From: Candidatus Kapaibacterium sp.
Lineage (GTDB): Bacteria > Bacteroidota > Ignavibacteria > Kapaibacteriales > UBA2268
Length of the DNA: 64,000 nt
Assembly: GCA_963664875.1 (NCBI GenBank)
Contig: OY761611.1
Location: 256,001-320,000, forward strand
Direction: 5' to 3'
A model generated the notes under the pieces. It worked only from the letters and a program-made list of their open reading frames with translations, had not been told where the DNA came from and searched no databases. Made by a program: the position numbers and the translations under genes. Positions 40,052 through 49,211 of this stretch are shown here, piece after piece; position 1 is the stretch's first letter; the number at the start of each line of letters is the position of its first letter.

Positions 40052-41598
40052 TTTCTGAAAAACAAAATAAAGCCACAATACTAATTGTTGACGACATCCC
40101 TGACAATATTGGGGTGTTGTTAGATTTTTTAATGGACAAAAACTTCAGAGTCCTTGTCGCTGAAGACGGCGAGAGTGCAATCGAACAGGTTATGTTTTTA
40201 AAACCTGATTTAATACTGTTAGATGTCATGATGCCCGGGATTGACGGTTTTGAGACATGCAGACGTCTAAAAGAAAACAATCTTACTTCTGATGTCCCTG
40301 TAATTTTTATGACTGCGTTGTCTGATTTGGACGATAAAGTCAGAGGGTTTAATTCCGGTGCAGTTGATTACATTACTAAACCAATTCAACATGAAGAAGT
40401 GCTCGCAAGGATAAATACACATCTTTCTTTGCAACAACTTCGTGAAGAGTTAAAACAGACAAATGACGAATTGGAAAATCGAGTTAAGCAAAGAACAAAT
40501 GAACTATTAGAGATGAATAATAGGTTAGAGGCTGAAATAATAGAAAGAATAAAAGCCGAAACCAAGCTTACACAAACAGTTCAAGAATTGGAACTTCTGA
40601 AAAATAAACTTCAGGAAGAAAATATTTACCTCAAGCAGGAAATCAAAATTCAACACAATTTTGAAGAAATAATTAGCCAAAGCCCTCAATTATCCGAAGT
40701 CTTAAAGAAGTTGGAACAGGTAGCAAAAACTGATTCGACTGTTCTTATTCTTGGTGAAACAGGTACAGGCAAAGAACTAATAGCAAGAGCTGTGCATAAT
40801 ATCTCACTAAGAAGAAAACAGCCGTTAGTTAAAGTAAATTGTGCTGCTTTACCTGCAAATTTGATAGAATCTGAGCTTTTCGGTCATGAAAAAGGTGCTT
40901 TTACAGGCGCACTTTCAAAGAAAATCGGGCGATTCGAATTAGCGAATAACGGAACTATATTTTTAGATGAAATCGGTGATTTGCCGTTAGAGTTGCAATC
41001 TAAGCTGCTTCGTGTGCTCCAGGAAGGAGAGTTCGAGCGTTTAGGGAGTTCGCAGACTCTAAAGGTTGATGTGAGGATTATTGCGGCAACAAATCGTAAG
41101 TTAGAAGAAGAGGTCAAAAAAGGAGATTTTCGGGAAGACCTCTATTATAGATTAAATGTATTCCCTCTGAATTTGCCCCCATTGAGAGAAAGAGACTCAG
41201 ATATTCCTCTTTTAGTAAATCACTTTATTAGTAAATATTCTAAAAAAATTGGTAGAGAGATACTAAAGGTTCCTATCCAAATTATGGATGCCTTAAAAAG
41301 GTATTCTTGGCCAGGTAATGTTAGAGAACTTGAAAATGTAATCGAAAGAGCAGTGATACTTTCCGAAAATGGTATTTTGAATGTTGATGACAGATTTATC
41401 AATACAGATTTTAATACTGAGGATGATGAAAACTCTCAAACAATGCAGGAAATTGAGAAAGCACATATAATAAAAGCTCTTGATGACTGCAATTATATCA
41501 TAGAAGGTAAAAGAGGGGCTGCAAAAAAACTTGGGATGCCTCCGAGTACTCTTAGAGACAGAATGAAAAAGTACAACATCTCAAAACCTACCAAATAA
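40048..41598 (+). CDS. Sigma-54-dependent response regulator (REC-coiled coil-AAA+-HTH; FhlA/NtrC-like)
   Basis: LLDVMMP; GETGTGKE, ESELFGHEKGAFTGA, FLDEIG, DLYYRLNV, WPGNVRELEN, C-terminal HTH; ATGA overlap. Confidence 0.95.
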   Translation: MISEKQNKATILIVDDIPDNIGVLLDFLMDKNFRVLVAEDGESAIEQVMFLKPDLILLDVMMPGIDGFETCRRLKENNLTSDVPVIFMTALSDLDDKVRGFNSGAVDYITKPIQHEEVLARINTHLSLQQLREELKQTNDELENRVKQRTNELLEMNNRLEAEIIERIKAETKLTQTVQELELLKNKLQEENIYLKQEIKIQHNFEEIISQSPQLSEVLKKLEQVAKTDSTVLILGETGTGKELIARAVHNISLRRKQPLVKVNCAALPANLIESELFGHEKGAFTGALSKKIGRFELANNGTIFLDEIGDLPLELQSKLLRVLQEGEFERLGSSQTLKVDVRIIAATNRKLEEEVKKGDFREDLYYRLNVFPLNLPPLRERDSDIPLLVNHFISKYSKKIGREILKVPIQIMDALKRYSWPGNVRELENVIERAVILSENGILNVDDRFINTDFNTEDDENSQTMQEIEKAHIIKALDDCNYIIEGKRGAAKKLGMPPSTLRDRMKKYNISKPTK

Positions 41599-41690
41599 GT
41601 AGAATTATTTTTTTAACAGATGTAATATACTTAAATTTGTAAGCTATAGAATCGAAATAAAATATTTTAATATAAATCATGGTTATAGAT

Positions 41691-43394
41691 ATGAAGCTGA
41701 GCAAATACTTTATCCCTACTTTGAAAGAAGTTACTGCCGAAGTACAGATGCCATCACATAAACTGATGGTAAGATCAGGTATGGTTCGCCAACTTGCAGC
41801 CGGAGTTTTCTCATGGTTGCCTGTGGGACACATTGTACTCAAAAAAGTTATGAATATACTAAGAGAAGAAATAGACAAAATTGGTGGTCAGGAATTTCTT
41901 TTACCTGCTCTGAATCCTATTGACATCTGGGAAGAAACTAATAGAGTGGAAGCGATGGGTGATGTCATGTTTCATATCAAAAACCGAGATGGTCTAATTT
42001 TAGCACCTACTCACGAAGAAGTAATTACATATCATGCGAGACAACACGTCAAATCATACCGTGATATGCCTATGGTTTGGTATCAGATACAGACAAAGTT
42101 TAGAAATGAACCGAGACCAAAATCAGGGGTACTGAGAGGAAGGCAATTTATAATGAAAGATGCTTATTCTCTAGATTCAACTTGGGAAGGTTTAGACATC
42201 AGTTACCAAAATCATTATGAAGCATACTCCAATATTTTCAACAGATGCGGAATAAAGTTCTTTGTCGTTGGTGCATCAAGCGGAGCTATGGGCGGTAAAC
42301 AGTCACAAGAATTTATGGTAGAATCAGAGGCAGGCGAAGATTTATGCGTTATTTCTGATTCAGGTTATGCTGCTAATATTGAGGTTGCGACCTCAAATAT
42401 CGCTCCTGTAGGAAGAATAGATAATAATCCGGAAATCGAAATATTTGCAACTCCAAATGCTAAATCTATTGATGATTTGGTAGAACAGTTTGCAATCCCT
42501 GAAGAAAGATGTGCAAAATCAGTAGTATATATGGTTGAAGATAAGCCTGTGATTATACTTATGAGAGGCAATGATGAGTTGAATGAAAACAAACTTGAAT
42601 CTGTTTTGGGTACAAATGTTTTCAGAGCTGCTACATCTGATGAGTTAATTAGATTTACCGGTGCTGATGGCGGATCTATCGGACCTGTAAATCTTAAAAC
42701 TAAAGTTAGAGTCATTGCTGACAATTTACTAAAAGATGCAAACGGCATGGTATCCGGTGCAAATCAAGATGGATTCCATTATAAAAATATTGACTTAGCA
42801 AGAGATACTCAGATTAGTGAATTTTATGATTTGAGAACAGTAAAAGAAGGCGAACCAAACCCAATAGACGGCACTCCGGTTAGGATTGTAAAAGCTATTG
42901 AGTTAGGTCATATTTTCAAACTTGGTACACGTTATTCAGATGCAATGGGAGCAACATTCCTTGATGCCGATGGTAAAGAAAACCCTATCATAATGGGTAG
43001 CTACGGTATTGGTGTTGAACGTGTAATTGCTTGTTTTATAGAACAAAACTATGATGATTATGGAATAAAATGGAATAAAGAACTTACTCCGTTTCATGCA
43101 CACATAGTTGGCTTAAATACTAAAAAAGCTGAAGATGTAAGAGAAGTTTGCGATAAGTTCTATTCTGATTTAAAAGCTGCAGGTCTTGACGCTCTATACG
43201 ATGATAGAGATGATAGTGTCGGCGTGAAATTTAACGATGCAGATTTGCTTGGTGTACCTGTGCAAATAGTAGTTGGTAGTAAAAATCTTGCAAACGGACA
43301 AGTTGAATTAAAATATAGATTATCAGGTGAAAAACAGCTGGTAAAAATTAAAGATGTAATCACAATCGTAAAAGATTATTATACAACTATTTAG
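41691..43394 (+). CDS. proS: Proline--tRNA ligase (bacterial type with INS editing domain)
   Basis: SHKLMVRSG, LAPTHEE, KFRNEPRP, MKDAYS, IELGHIFKLG, MGSYGIGVER, DADLLGVP. Confidence 0.97.
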   Translation: MKLSKYFIPTLKEVTAEVQMPSHKLMVRSGMVRQLAAGVFSWLPVGHIVLKKVMNILREEIDKIGGQEFLLPALNPIDIWEETNRVEAMGDVMFHIKNRDGLILAPTHEEVITYHARQHVKSYRDMPMVWYQIQTKFRNEPRPKSGVLRGRQFIMKDAYSLDSTWEGLDISYQNHYEAYSNIFNRCGIKFFVVGASSGAMGGKQSQEFMVESEAGEDLCVISDSGYAANIEVATSNIAPVGRIDNNPEIEIFATPNAKSIDDLVEQFAIPEERCAKSVVYMVEDKPVIILMRGNDELNENKLESVLGTNVFRAATSDELIRFTGADGGSIGPVNLKTKVRVIADNLLKDANGMVSGANQDGFHYKNIDLARDTQISEFYDLRTVKEGEPNPIDGTPVRIVKAIELGHIFKLGTRYSDAMGATFLDADGKENPIIMGSYGIGVERVIACFIEQNYDDYGIKWNKELTPFHAHIVGLNTKKAEDVREVCDKFYSDLKAAGLDALYDDRDDSVGVKFNDADLLGVPVQIVVGSKNLANGQVELKYRLSGEKQLVKIKDVITIVKDYYTTI

Positions 43395-43432
43395 TAGTGA
43401 TTTGTAATCTGTATTTCAAAAGTGTTTTTAAA

Positions 43433-43465
43433 TAACAGGTTGTCTTTTCGATAGGCAGCCTGTTA
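43433..43465 (+). terminator. Hairpin after proS, probable terminator or processing site
   Basis: TAACAGGTTGTCT-N7-AGGCAGCCTGTTA (13 bp, G-U pairs favour the + transcript). Confidence 0.6.
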
Positions 43466-43495
43466 GTTTGTATAATAATTCAAATAGGAGCAGCA

Positions 43496-44314
43496 ATGGC
43501 AGATATTGCGGATCTGCACATGCATACTATATATTCTGATGGGAAGCACACTCCCGAAGAATTGTTGCATTTGATAAAGCAAGCAGGCATTAAGGCGTTT
43601 TCCATCACTGATCATGATACAGTCGATGGTATTAGGCCTATGTTAGATATATTAGATGATTCTATAGATTTTATTCCGGGAATTGAAATTAGCTGTCATT
43701 ACAACAAAAGAGAAATTCATTTGCTTGGCTATGGGATAAATATTAATAGTGATTATCTTTTACAACATCTTGATGATTTTAAAAAATCAAGGGAAGATAG
43801 AGCAAAAAAAATCCTTACCAAACTTCAGAACTTAGATGTAGATTTAGAATTGGAGCAAATCCAGGAAAGGACGCCAAACAATACTATTGCAAGACCACAT
43901 ATTGCAGCTGAGCTCGTTACGCAAGGCTATGCTAATGATTTGAAAGATGCTTTTTCAAGATATCTTTATGACAACGGTCCTGCTTACGAAGCAAAGGTAG
44001 AGTTCCCAATCGAAGCAGCTATAAAACTTGTAAAAAAATCAGGTGGTATTTCTGTTATCGCCCATCCGGGAAGAATGGTTACAGAGCAGGATGTTCGGGA
44101 TTTCTTCAAATTAGGAATGGATGGCATAGAGGTTCTGCATCCTAATCACTCTCTGTTTATGCAAAAAAAATATCACAACTTAGCTAAAATGTATAATGCA
44201 GTAGAAACTGGTGGCTCTGATTTTCATGGGCTCAAAGATTACGAACTAAGCAATCTTGGTAAATTTGGAATTCCTATTGCTGTTTTCAATAAAATCAGAA
44301 ACAGCATAAAATAA
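43496..44314 (+). CDS. PHP-domain phosphoesterase (TrpH/YciV-like)
   Basis: DLHMHT..SDG, ITDHDT, GIEIS, HLLGY, RPHIA, AHP, GGSDFHG. Confidence 0.92.
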   Translation: MADIADLHMHTIYSDGKHTPEELLHLIKQAGIKAFSITDHDTVDGIRPMLDILDDSIDFIPGIEISCHYNKREIHLLGYGININSDYLLQHLDDFKKSREDRAKKILTKLQNLDVDLELEQIQERTPNNTIARPHIAAELVTQGYANDLKDAFSRYLYDNGPAYEAKVEFPIEAAIKLVKKSGGISVIAHPGRMVTEQDVRDFFKLGMDGIEVLHPNHSLFMQKKYHNLAKMYNAVETGGSDFHGLKDYELSNLGKFGIPIAVFNKIRNSIK

Positions 44315-44383
44315 TAACTTTTACGTGTCATAGTTATTTATTATCTTCCATACAGCATAAAGAAAAAACAAAACACCTCTATC

Positions 44384-46012
44384 ATGAAGAAGAAATACTA
44401 TCTTATATCGATATTAGTATTTGCATTATCGTTGTGCATATACGATACAGATTCGACCCCTGTAGATTCTGCAAAAGTTTACAGAGAAACGTTTGTAGCT
44501 GGGTTTACCAAAAATGATTCAATTAATGCAATTGATTCTTTTGTCAGAGAAGTCAAGCGAACACTAAATAGTAGCAAGTATGTTAGCTCGGCAGAAAAGA
44601 GTATTGTTATATATTCTTTAGACCGTGACACAGTTGTTTTCCAGGACAACATGACTAAAGTACTGACTCCGGCATCAACAACCAAACTGATGACCACCTT
44701 TTGTGCTATGTCCTATTTTGGACCACATTTTGGTATTACAACTACAGTTTATACTAATGGGAAGATAGATAAAACCGGTGTGCTCCATGGCGACATAATA
44801 ATGGTTGGCAGGGGAGATGCTATACTTTCTGTAAATGATATAGATGTATTAGTACAAGGATTGCTTGATTTGGGGATTGATTCGATTACAGGTAAGTTCC
44901 TGTATGATGATTCCTTTTTCGACTCCAAGCGTATCAGGAAAGAATATTCTGGAGACGCAGATCATGTAGTCAAACTTGCCCCACTATCTGCACTTGGAAT
45001 AGAAAGGAACACTGCGACATTATTGATTTCCTCGGGTTCATACAATAATTCAAGATTGAACGTGCAGCTTATTCCTAACTCGGAAGCATTTTTATTGAAT
45101 GTAACCGGCAAAACTCGTGGAGGTTCAAAATCGAAAGCATATTACGAGTCTGAATCAAACGATACATTTGAAAAAATGTATAATATAGATTATCTCGGAG
45201 ATGCCCCACCTGCTCCTGCAAGAGTTAGAAGTACAGTTAAAATCAGTACGAGCTACAATTCAACAGAACACAAGCAAGTTTTTAGCGTCGGAGGCTATCT
45301 AAATGCAAAAAGGCGTACATCTTATGCCTATCACATGAACGAGCCTGCTGCTGCTACTATTGGTACTCTCATGCAAAGATTAAGGACTCAAGGGGTTGGT
45401 TGTGGGCATGATATTGATACTATCAATATCAGACATTCCAAAGATACATTAACGATACTTTCCGAATTTTCAAGAAGCCTATCTGAATACTCTGCTGCAA
45501 TCAATAAAGATTCTGATAACTTTCTTGCCGAAAATTTATTTAAACTTACAGGTGCTTTGTACGGGAATTATAAAAATAATGCTGCAGGTGCAAGATCTGT
45601 AAGAGATTCGGTTATTAAGCAAAAGAAAATATTTTCGAAAGGAATATCTATCAATGATGGTTCCGGTTTGAGCAGAAATAACCTGCTTTCTGCAAAGTCA
45701 CTTTTAGACATTCTTATAGCAGCAAATAAATCGAATATGCGTGTCGAGTTTGATTCCACTTTGTCGATTGCAGGAGTGGATGGTACACTAAAGAGAAGGA
45801 TGAAAAATACTGCTGCAGAAGCAAATTTGATTGCAAAAACAGGTACTCTGAGAAACGCAAGTGCCCTTGCCGGTTATTGCACAACACTCGATGGAGAACG
45901 ACTTGCATTCGCATTTATATTTAATGGCAATGATGTGCATTCCTATAAAGAAACAGAAGACAAATTAGGCGCTTTAATGTCTCAATTTTTCTATTTCCAT
46001 AAAGAAAACTAA
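44384..46012 (+). CDS. dacB: D-alanyl-D-alanine carboxypeptidase/endopeptidase (PBP4, S13)
   Basis: PASTTK (SxxK), SDN, DGSGLSR, KTGTL. Confidence 0.92.
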   Translation: MKKKYYLISILVFALSLCIYDTDSTPVDSAKVYRETFVAGFTKNDSINAIDSFVREVKRTLNSSKYVSSAEKSIVIYSLDRDTVVFQDNMTKVLTPASTTKLMTTFCAMSYFGPHFGITTTVYTNGKIDKTGVLHGDIIMVGRGDAILSVNDIDVLVQGLLDLGIDSITGKFLYDDSFFDSKRIRKEYSGDADHVVKLAPLSALGIERNTATLLISSGSYNNSRLNVQLIPNSEAFLLNVTGKTRGGSKSKAYYESESNDTFEKMYNIDYLGDAPPAPARVRSTVKISTSYNSTEHKQVFSVGGYLNAKRRTSYAYHMNEPAAATIGTLMQRLRTQGVGCGHDIDTINIRHSKDTLTILSEFSRSLSEYSAAINKDSDNFLAENLFKLTGALYGNYKNNAAGARSVRDSVIKQKKIFSKGISINDGSGLSRNNLLSAKSLLDILIAANKSNMRVEFDSTLSIAGVDGTLKRRMKNTAAEANLIAKTGTLRNASALAGYCTTLDGERLAFAFIFNGNDVHSYKETEDKLGALMSQFFYFHKEN

Positions 46013-46830
46013 TGAGTAGATTCAAAAAATATTTGACATATATACTACTTTCCATATTAGCATTAGGAATGGTATTCCCTATGCTATGGATGTTAATACT
46101 ATCACTCAAGTCAAGCCCGTCTTCGTTTTCAAATATTTGGGCTACTGTAAGTTCTGATTATACTTTCAAAAATTATACAGATGCGTTTGCCTCAGATAAT
46201 TTTGGTTTGTATTTTTTAAATTCTTTATTTGTATCGACGGTAGTCAGCTTTGGTAATGTACTTTTCTGCTTCTTGACTGCTTATGCGATAGTTAGAAAAG
46301 AATTTTTAGGCAAGAAAATATTGTGGCTTACGATACTTGGTGTGCTGATAATACCTCCTCATGTCGTGATGATACCGCTTTATCGTTTGATGGTAGAGTT
46401 ACAGTGGATAAACACATATTATGCTCTGATTATTCCATGGCTAATAACTCCTATGGGAATATTTCTTGTAAAACAGTATTTGCAAAGTTTGCCGGTAGAT
46501 TTAGAAAACGCTGCAAGAATTGATGGAGCCGGAGAGTGGAGTATAATTTTTCAGATTGTTATGCCGCTTGCTAAGCCAATTTTGACAGTACTTCTTATTT
46601 ATATATTTTTGAGCAACTGGAATACGTTCCTTTTTCCGTTTATCTTTACCAATACAGAAGATTATAGAACATTGCCTGTTGGGCTTGCGTTTTATCTCGG
46701 AAAACAATCGATTGATTGGGGACATCTAATGGCAGGAGCTGCTATATCAGCTCTTCCAATTTTATTATTGTTTGTAGTATTCCAAAAGAAAATTATAAAT
46801 GGTCTTACTGCAGGTGCTCTCAAAGAATAA
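46012..46830 (+). CDS. Carbohydrate ABC transporter permease (MalG-like), orphan
   Basis: FLNSL, EAA-like LENAARIDGAG loop, WNTFLFP, FQKKIINGLTAGALKE. Confidence 0.92.
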   Translation: MSRFKKYLTYILLSILALGMVFPMLWMLILSLKSSPSSFSNIWATVSSDYTFKNYTDAFASDNFGLYFLNSLFVSTVVSFGNVLFCFLTAYAIVRKEFLGKKILWLTILGVLIIPPHVVMIPLYRLMVELQWINTYYALIIPWLITPMGIFLVKQYLQSLPVDLENAARIDGAGEWSIIFQIVMPLAKPILTVLLIYIFLSNWNTFLFPFIFTNTEDYRTLPVGLAFYLGKQSIDWGHLMAGAAISALPILLLFVVFQKKIINGLTAGALKE

Positions 46831-46889
46831 AATCAAATAATTTTAGTCTTTAGTAGTATATTTAATTTTAGCACAATAATATTGAATAT

Positions 46890-47846
46890 ATGGAAAACAA
46901 GAAAATTAAAGTTCTGCTTGTAGATGATCAGGCAATAGTATTAGACTTTCTAAAAAAAGGTTTGGCTCAGGATAATGGGATAGAAGTCATTGACACTGCT
47001 AATGATGGTTACATGGCACTTAATTCTATTCAAAGAAATAAACCTGATGTGATAATACTTGACATGGAAATGCCAAGAATGAATGGTATTCAGTTCTTAC
47101 ATAATCTGATGCCTGTCAATCCAATTCCAACCATAGTGCTATCAGCTCTTACTGAAAAGAATTCAAAGCTAACCGTCGAAGCCTTCGAAGCCGGAGCTAT
47201 TGATTTTGTATTGAAACCTACGGGAGGTGCAAAAGAGCTTACGCGCCTTTTTTCTCAACTTAGGGCAAAAATTCGTATAGCTATTACTAAAGATGTGCAG
47301 AAATTCAAAAAATCTTCTAACTATACGCTTCCCGGCAATGCTATAGACAGGACTACAAAGACTAATCAAATAATCCTTGGTATGGGTGCTTACGAAGTCA
47401 TCAATGAAAAAGAGAATCTATTGAAAATATTTGCTTTAGGTTCATGCATAGGTCTTGCGATGTTTTGTCCGTCAAAGGGCGTCATAGGCATGGCACATAT
47501 TGTTTTACCATCTTCCAAAACAGATTTGGACAAATCAATAGACAAACCCGGGTATTTTGCAGATACTGCAATAAAGGCTATGTTAGATGATTTTGCAAAG
47601 TTAGGTTGCACTTCTAATATGATTTACGCCAAAATTGCCGGAGGTGCAAAAACAAAAGTAGAGCTTGGAGATAGATTTAGCATCGGTCAAAAAAATGCAG
47701 TTGCTGTTAAAGCAGGATTGATTAAATACGGTGTTAAGCTATTAGGCGAAGACGTAGGAGGCAACATCTCCAGGACTGTTTTTTTCAAAATTGGTGATAA
47801 AAAGCTTACTGCTCATCATCCTGAAAAGGGACAATGGGAAGTTTAA
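46890..47846 (+). CDS. Fusion of a CheB-type receiver domain and a CheD-family glutamine deamidase
   Basis: aa1-130: VLLVDD, LDMEMPRMNG, PTIVLSALT, AIDFVLKP (CheB-style REC); aa160-318: LGSCIG, GMAHIVLP, PGYFADTAI, AKIAGGA, IGQKN, EDVGG..SRT (CheD). Confidence 0.88.
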   Translation: MENKKIKVLLVDDQAIVLDFLKKGLAQDNGIEVIDTANDGYMALNSIQRNKPDVIILDMEMPRMNGIQFLHNLMPVNPIPTIVLSALTEKNSKLTVEAFEAGAIDFVLKPTGGAKELTRLFSQLRAKIRIAITKDVQKFKKSSNYTLPGNAIDRTTKTNQIILGMGAYEVINEKENLLKIFALGSCIGLAMFCPSKGVIGMAHIVLPSSKTDLDKSIDKPGYFADTAIKAMLDDFAKLGCTSNMIYAKIAGGAKTKVELGDRFSIGQKNAVAVKAGLIKYGVKLLGEDVGGNISRTVFFKIGDKKLTAHHPEKGQWEV

Positions 47847-47857
47847 AATAAAGGATA

Positions 47858-48205
47858 TTGAAAATGGATTACGATGAAATCAAATTATTAGCTAAATTGC
47901 TTGCGAAAGAACTTGAAGAATCAAAATCTGCAGATTTAGCTCCAAAATGGGAAGGAGCAACGATAGAGTTTATTCCTAGCGATTCTGATCTGGCTAAACA
48001 TAGCATTGAAATTGATAAACTCATGCATAAAATTGTTATGGTTAGAGATAATCTCAGAGTATTAGAGCAACAAATAAACTCCAACGATAATTTGTCAGAA
48101 GGTGAAAAAATCAAGTTCCAAAACTATATTACTAAATGTTACGGCTCACTAACTTCATTCAACTTTATGTTCAAAAAGGATGATGACAAATTTTCGTCTA
48201 AATAA
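47858..48205 (+). CDS. Conserved hypothetical helical protein
   Basis: KWEG..., HKIVMVRDNLRVLEQQINS, YITKCYGSLTSFN look like a widespread uncharacterised family; AAAGGA SD. Confidence 0.75.
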   Translation: MKMDYDEIKLLAKLLAKELEESKSADLAPKWEGATIEFIPSDSDLAKHSIEIDKLMHKIVMVRDNLRVLEQQINSNDNLSEGEKIKFQNYITKCYGSLTSFNFMFKKDDDKFSSK

Positions 48206-49202
48206 TTTATTCATAAGTGTATTATTTTTGCTATTGATTTCTTGTGTGTCTGACAAGTCAGGCGATAATCAGGTGCCGATATGGTCTGATGTTATGAAGT
48301 ATGCCGGAAACAAAAGCCTAACTATTGCTATCGATAGTAGTGTTATTGAATATTCCAACAATTTTACTAACTCTATCAAGAATTATTTTGCAGATAAGTA
48401 TAATATCAAAATTGATATAAAGTATATTAGTCCTGCAAAACTGCTTTCAGTAAATTCTGATTTGGTATATACTCAAAGAAACAAACTAAATAAAATGTAT
48501 CAAAATGGTCTTTTATTTGGACCTTTTAAAGATATTTTACCTCATTTCCAACATCTATATTGGGATACATATTATAACCTGCGAACCAATGACATATTAG
48601 ATGAATATATGTGCAGTTGGGGAAATATAGACGTTTCCTTTTATAGAGATTTTGACGGTAAGGTAAAATTACCTTCTAATCTTGCTGAAATCGAACAAGT
48701 TGTCAATGCAAATCCATATCGATATACACTTGGTAGAGGCAGGCAAACATTTAAAATATTATCGAATATAATAGAAGAATGCATCGGCAATAATAAAAAC
48801 AAATATCGTAAGTACGATGTAAATACATACGATAGCTTAAAAACTGAAATAGATAAGAAACTACTGCCTATAGAACAAAAATTTTGGCAAAAGGGAGAAA
48901 TTAGTTTCTCGTATGTTTCATTAGTTGAGGATTTCAATTCACTCGAACAAAGATTTGTTTCAAACTTGGATTCACTTCCTTATGACTACAGAAATATGCT
49001 TTGTCTTGCGATACCAAAATCTGCAAAAAATTTACATACAGCTCTTTTTGTAATAGATCAGCTAATTTCACCACAACTTAGGATGGAACGTGTAAATTCC
49101 ATCCTAAATGAGCAAATAACTGAAGATTTGTCTTTGCCTTCCGCAATCGATTCAAACTATGTCATACGTTATTACGATGACTTCAAATATTGTCGTGATT
49201 AG
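48180..49202 (+). CDS. Lipoprotein, divergent ABC substrate-binding protein (YnjB-like)
   Basis: LISC lipobox; KYNIKI, LLFGPF..LP, ANPYRYT, LAIPKSA......VID.LISP resemble YnjB-type binding proteins. Confidence 0.55.
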   Translation: MMTNFRLNNLFISVLFLLLISCVSDKSGDNQVPIWSDVMKYAGNKSLTIAIDSSVIEYSNNFTNSIKNYFADKYNIKIDIKYISPAKLLSVNSDLVYTQRNKLNKMYQNGLLFGPFKDILPHFQHLYWDTYYNLRTNDILDEYMCSWGNIDVSFYRDFDGKVKLPSNLAEIEQVVNANPYRYTLGRGRQTFKILSNIIEECIGNNKNKYRKYDVNTYDSLKTEIDKKLLPIEQKFWQKGEISFSYVSLVEDFNSLEQRFVSNLDSLPYDYRNMLCLAIPKSAKNLHTALFVIDQLISPQLRMERVNSILNEQITEDLSLPSAIDSNYVIRYYDDFKYCRD

Positions 49203-49211
49203 TATCATTTT

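Noticed and set aside
23527-43465. Shared GCAACC/GGCAGCC stems in several hairpins (23527, 30407, 43433; also 11216, 14856) as a mobile repeat family
   Set aside because: Similarity is limited to 6-8 bp stems located at gene ends; best explained as terminator sequence bias
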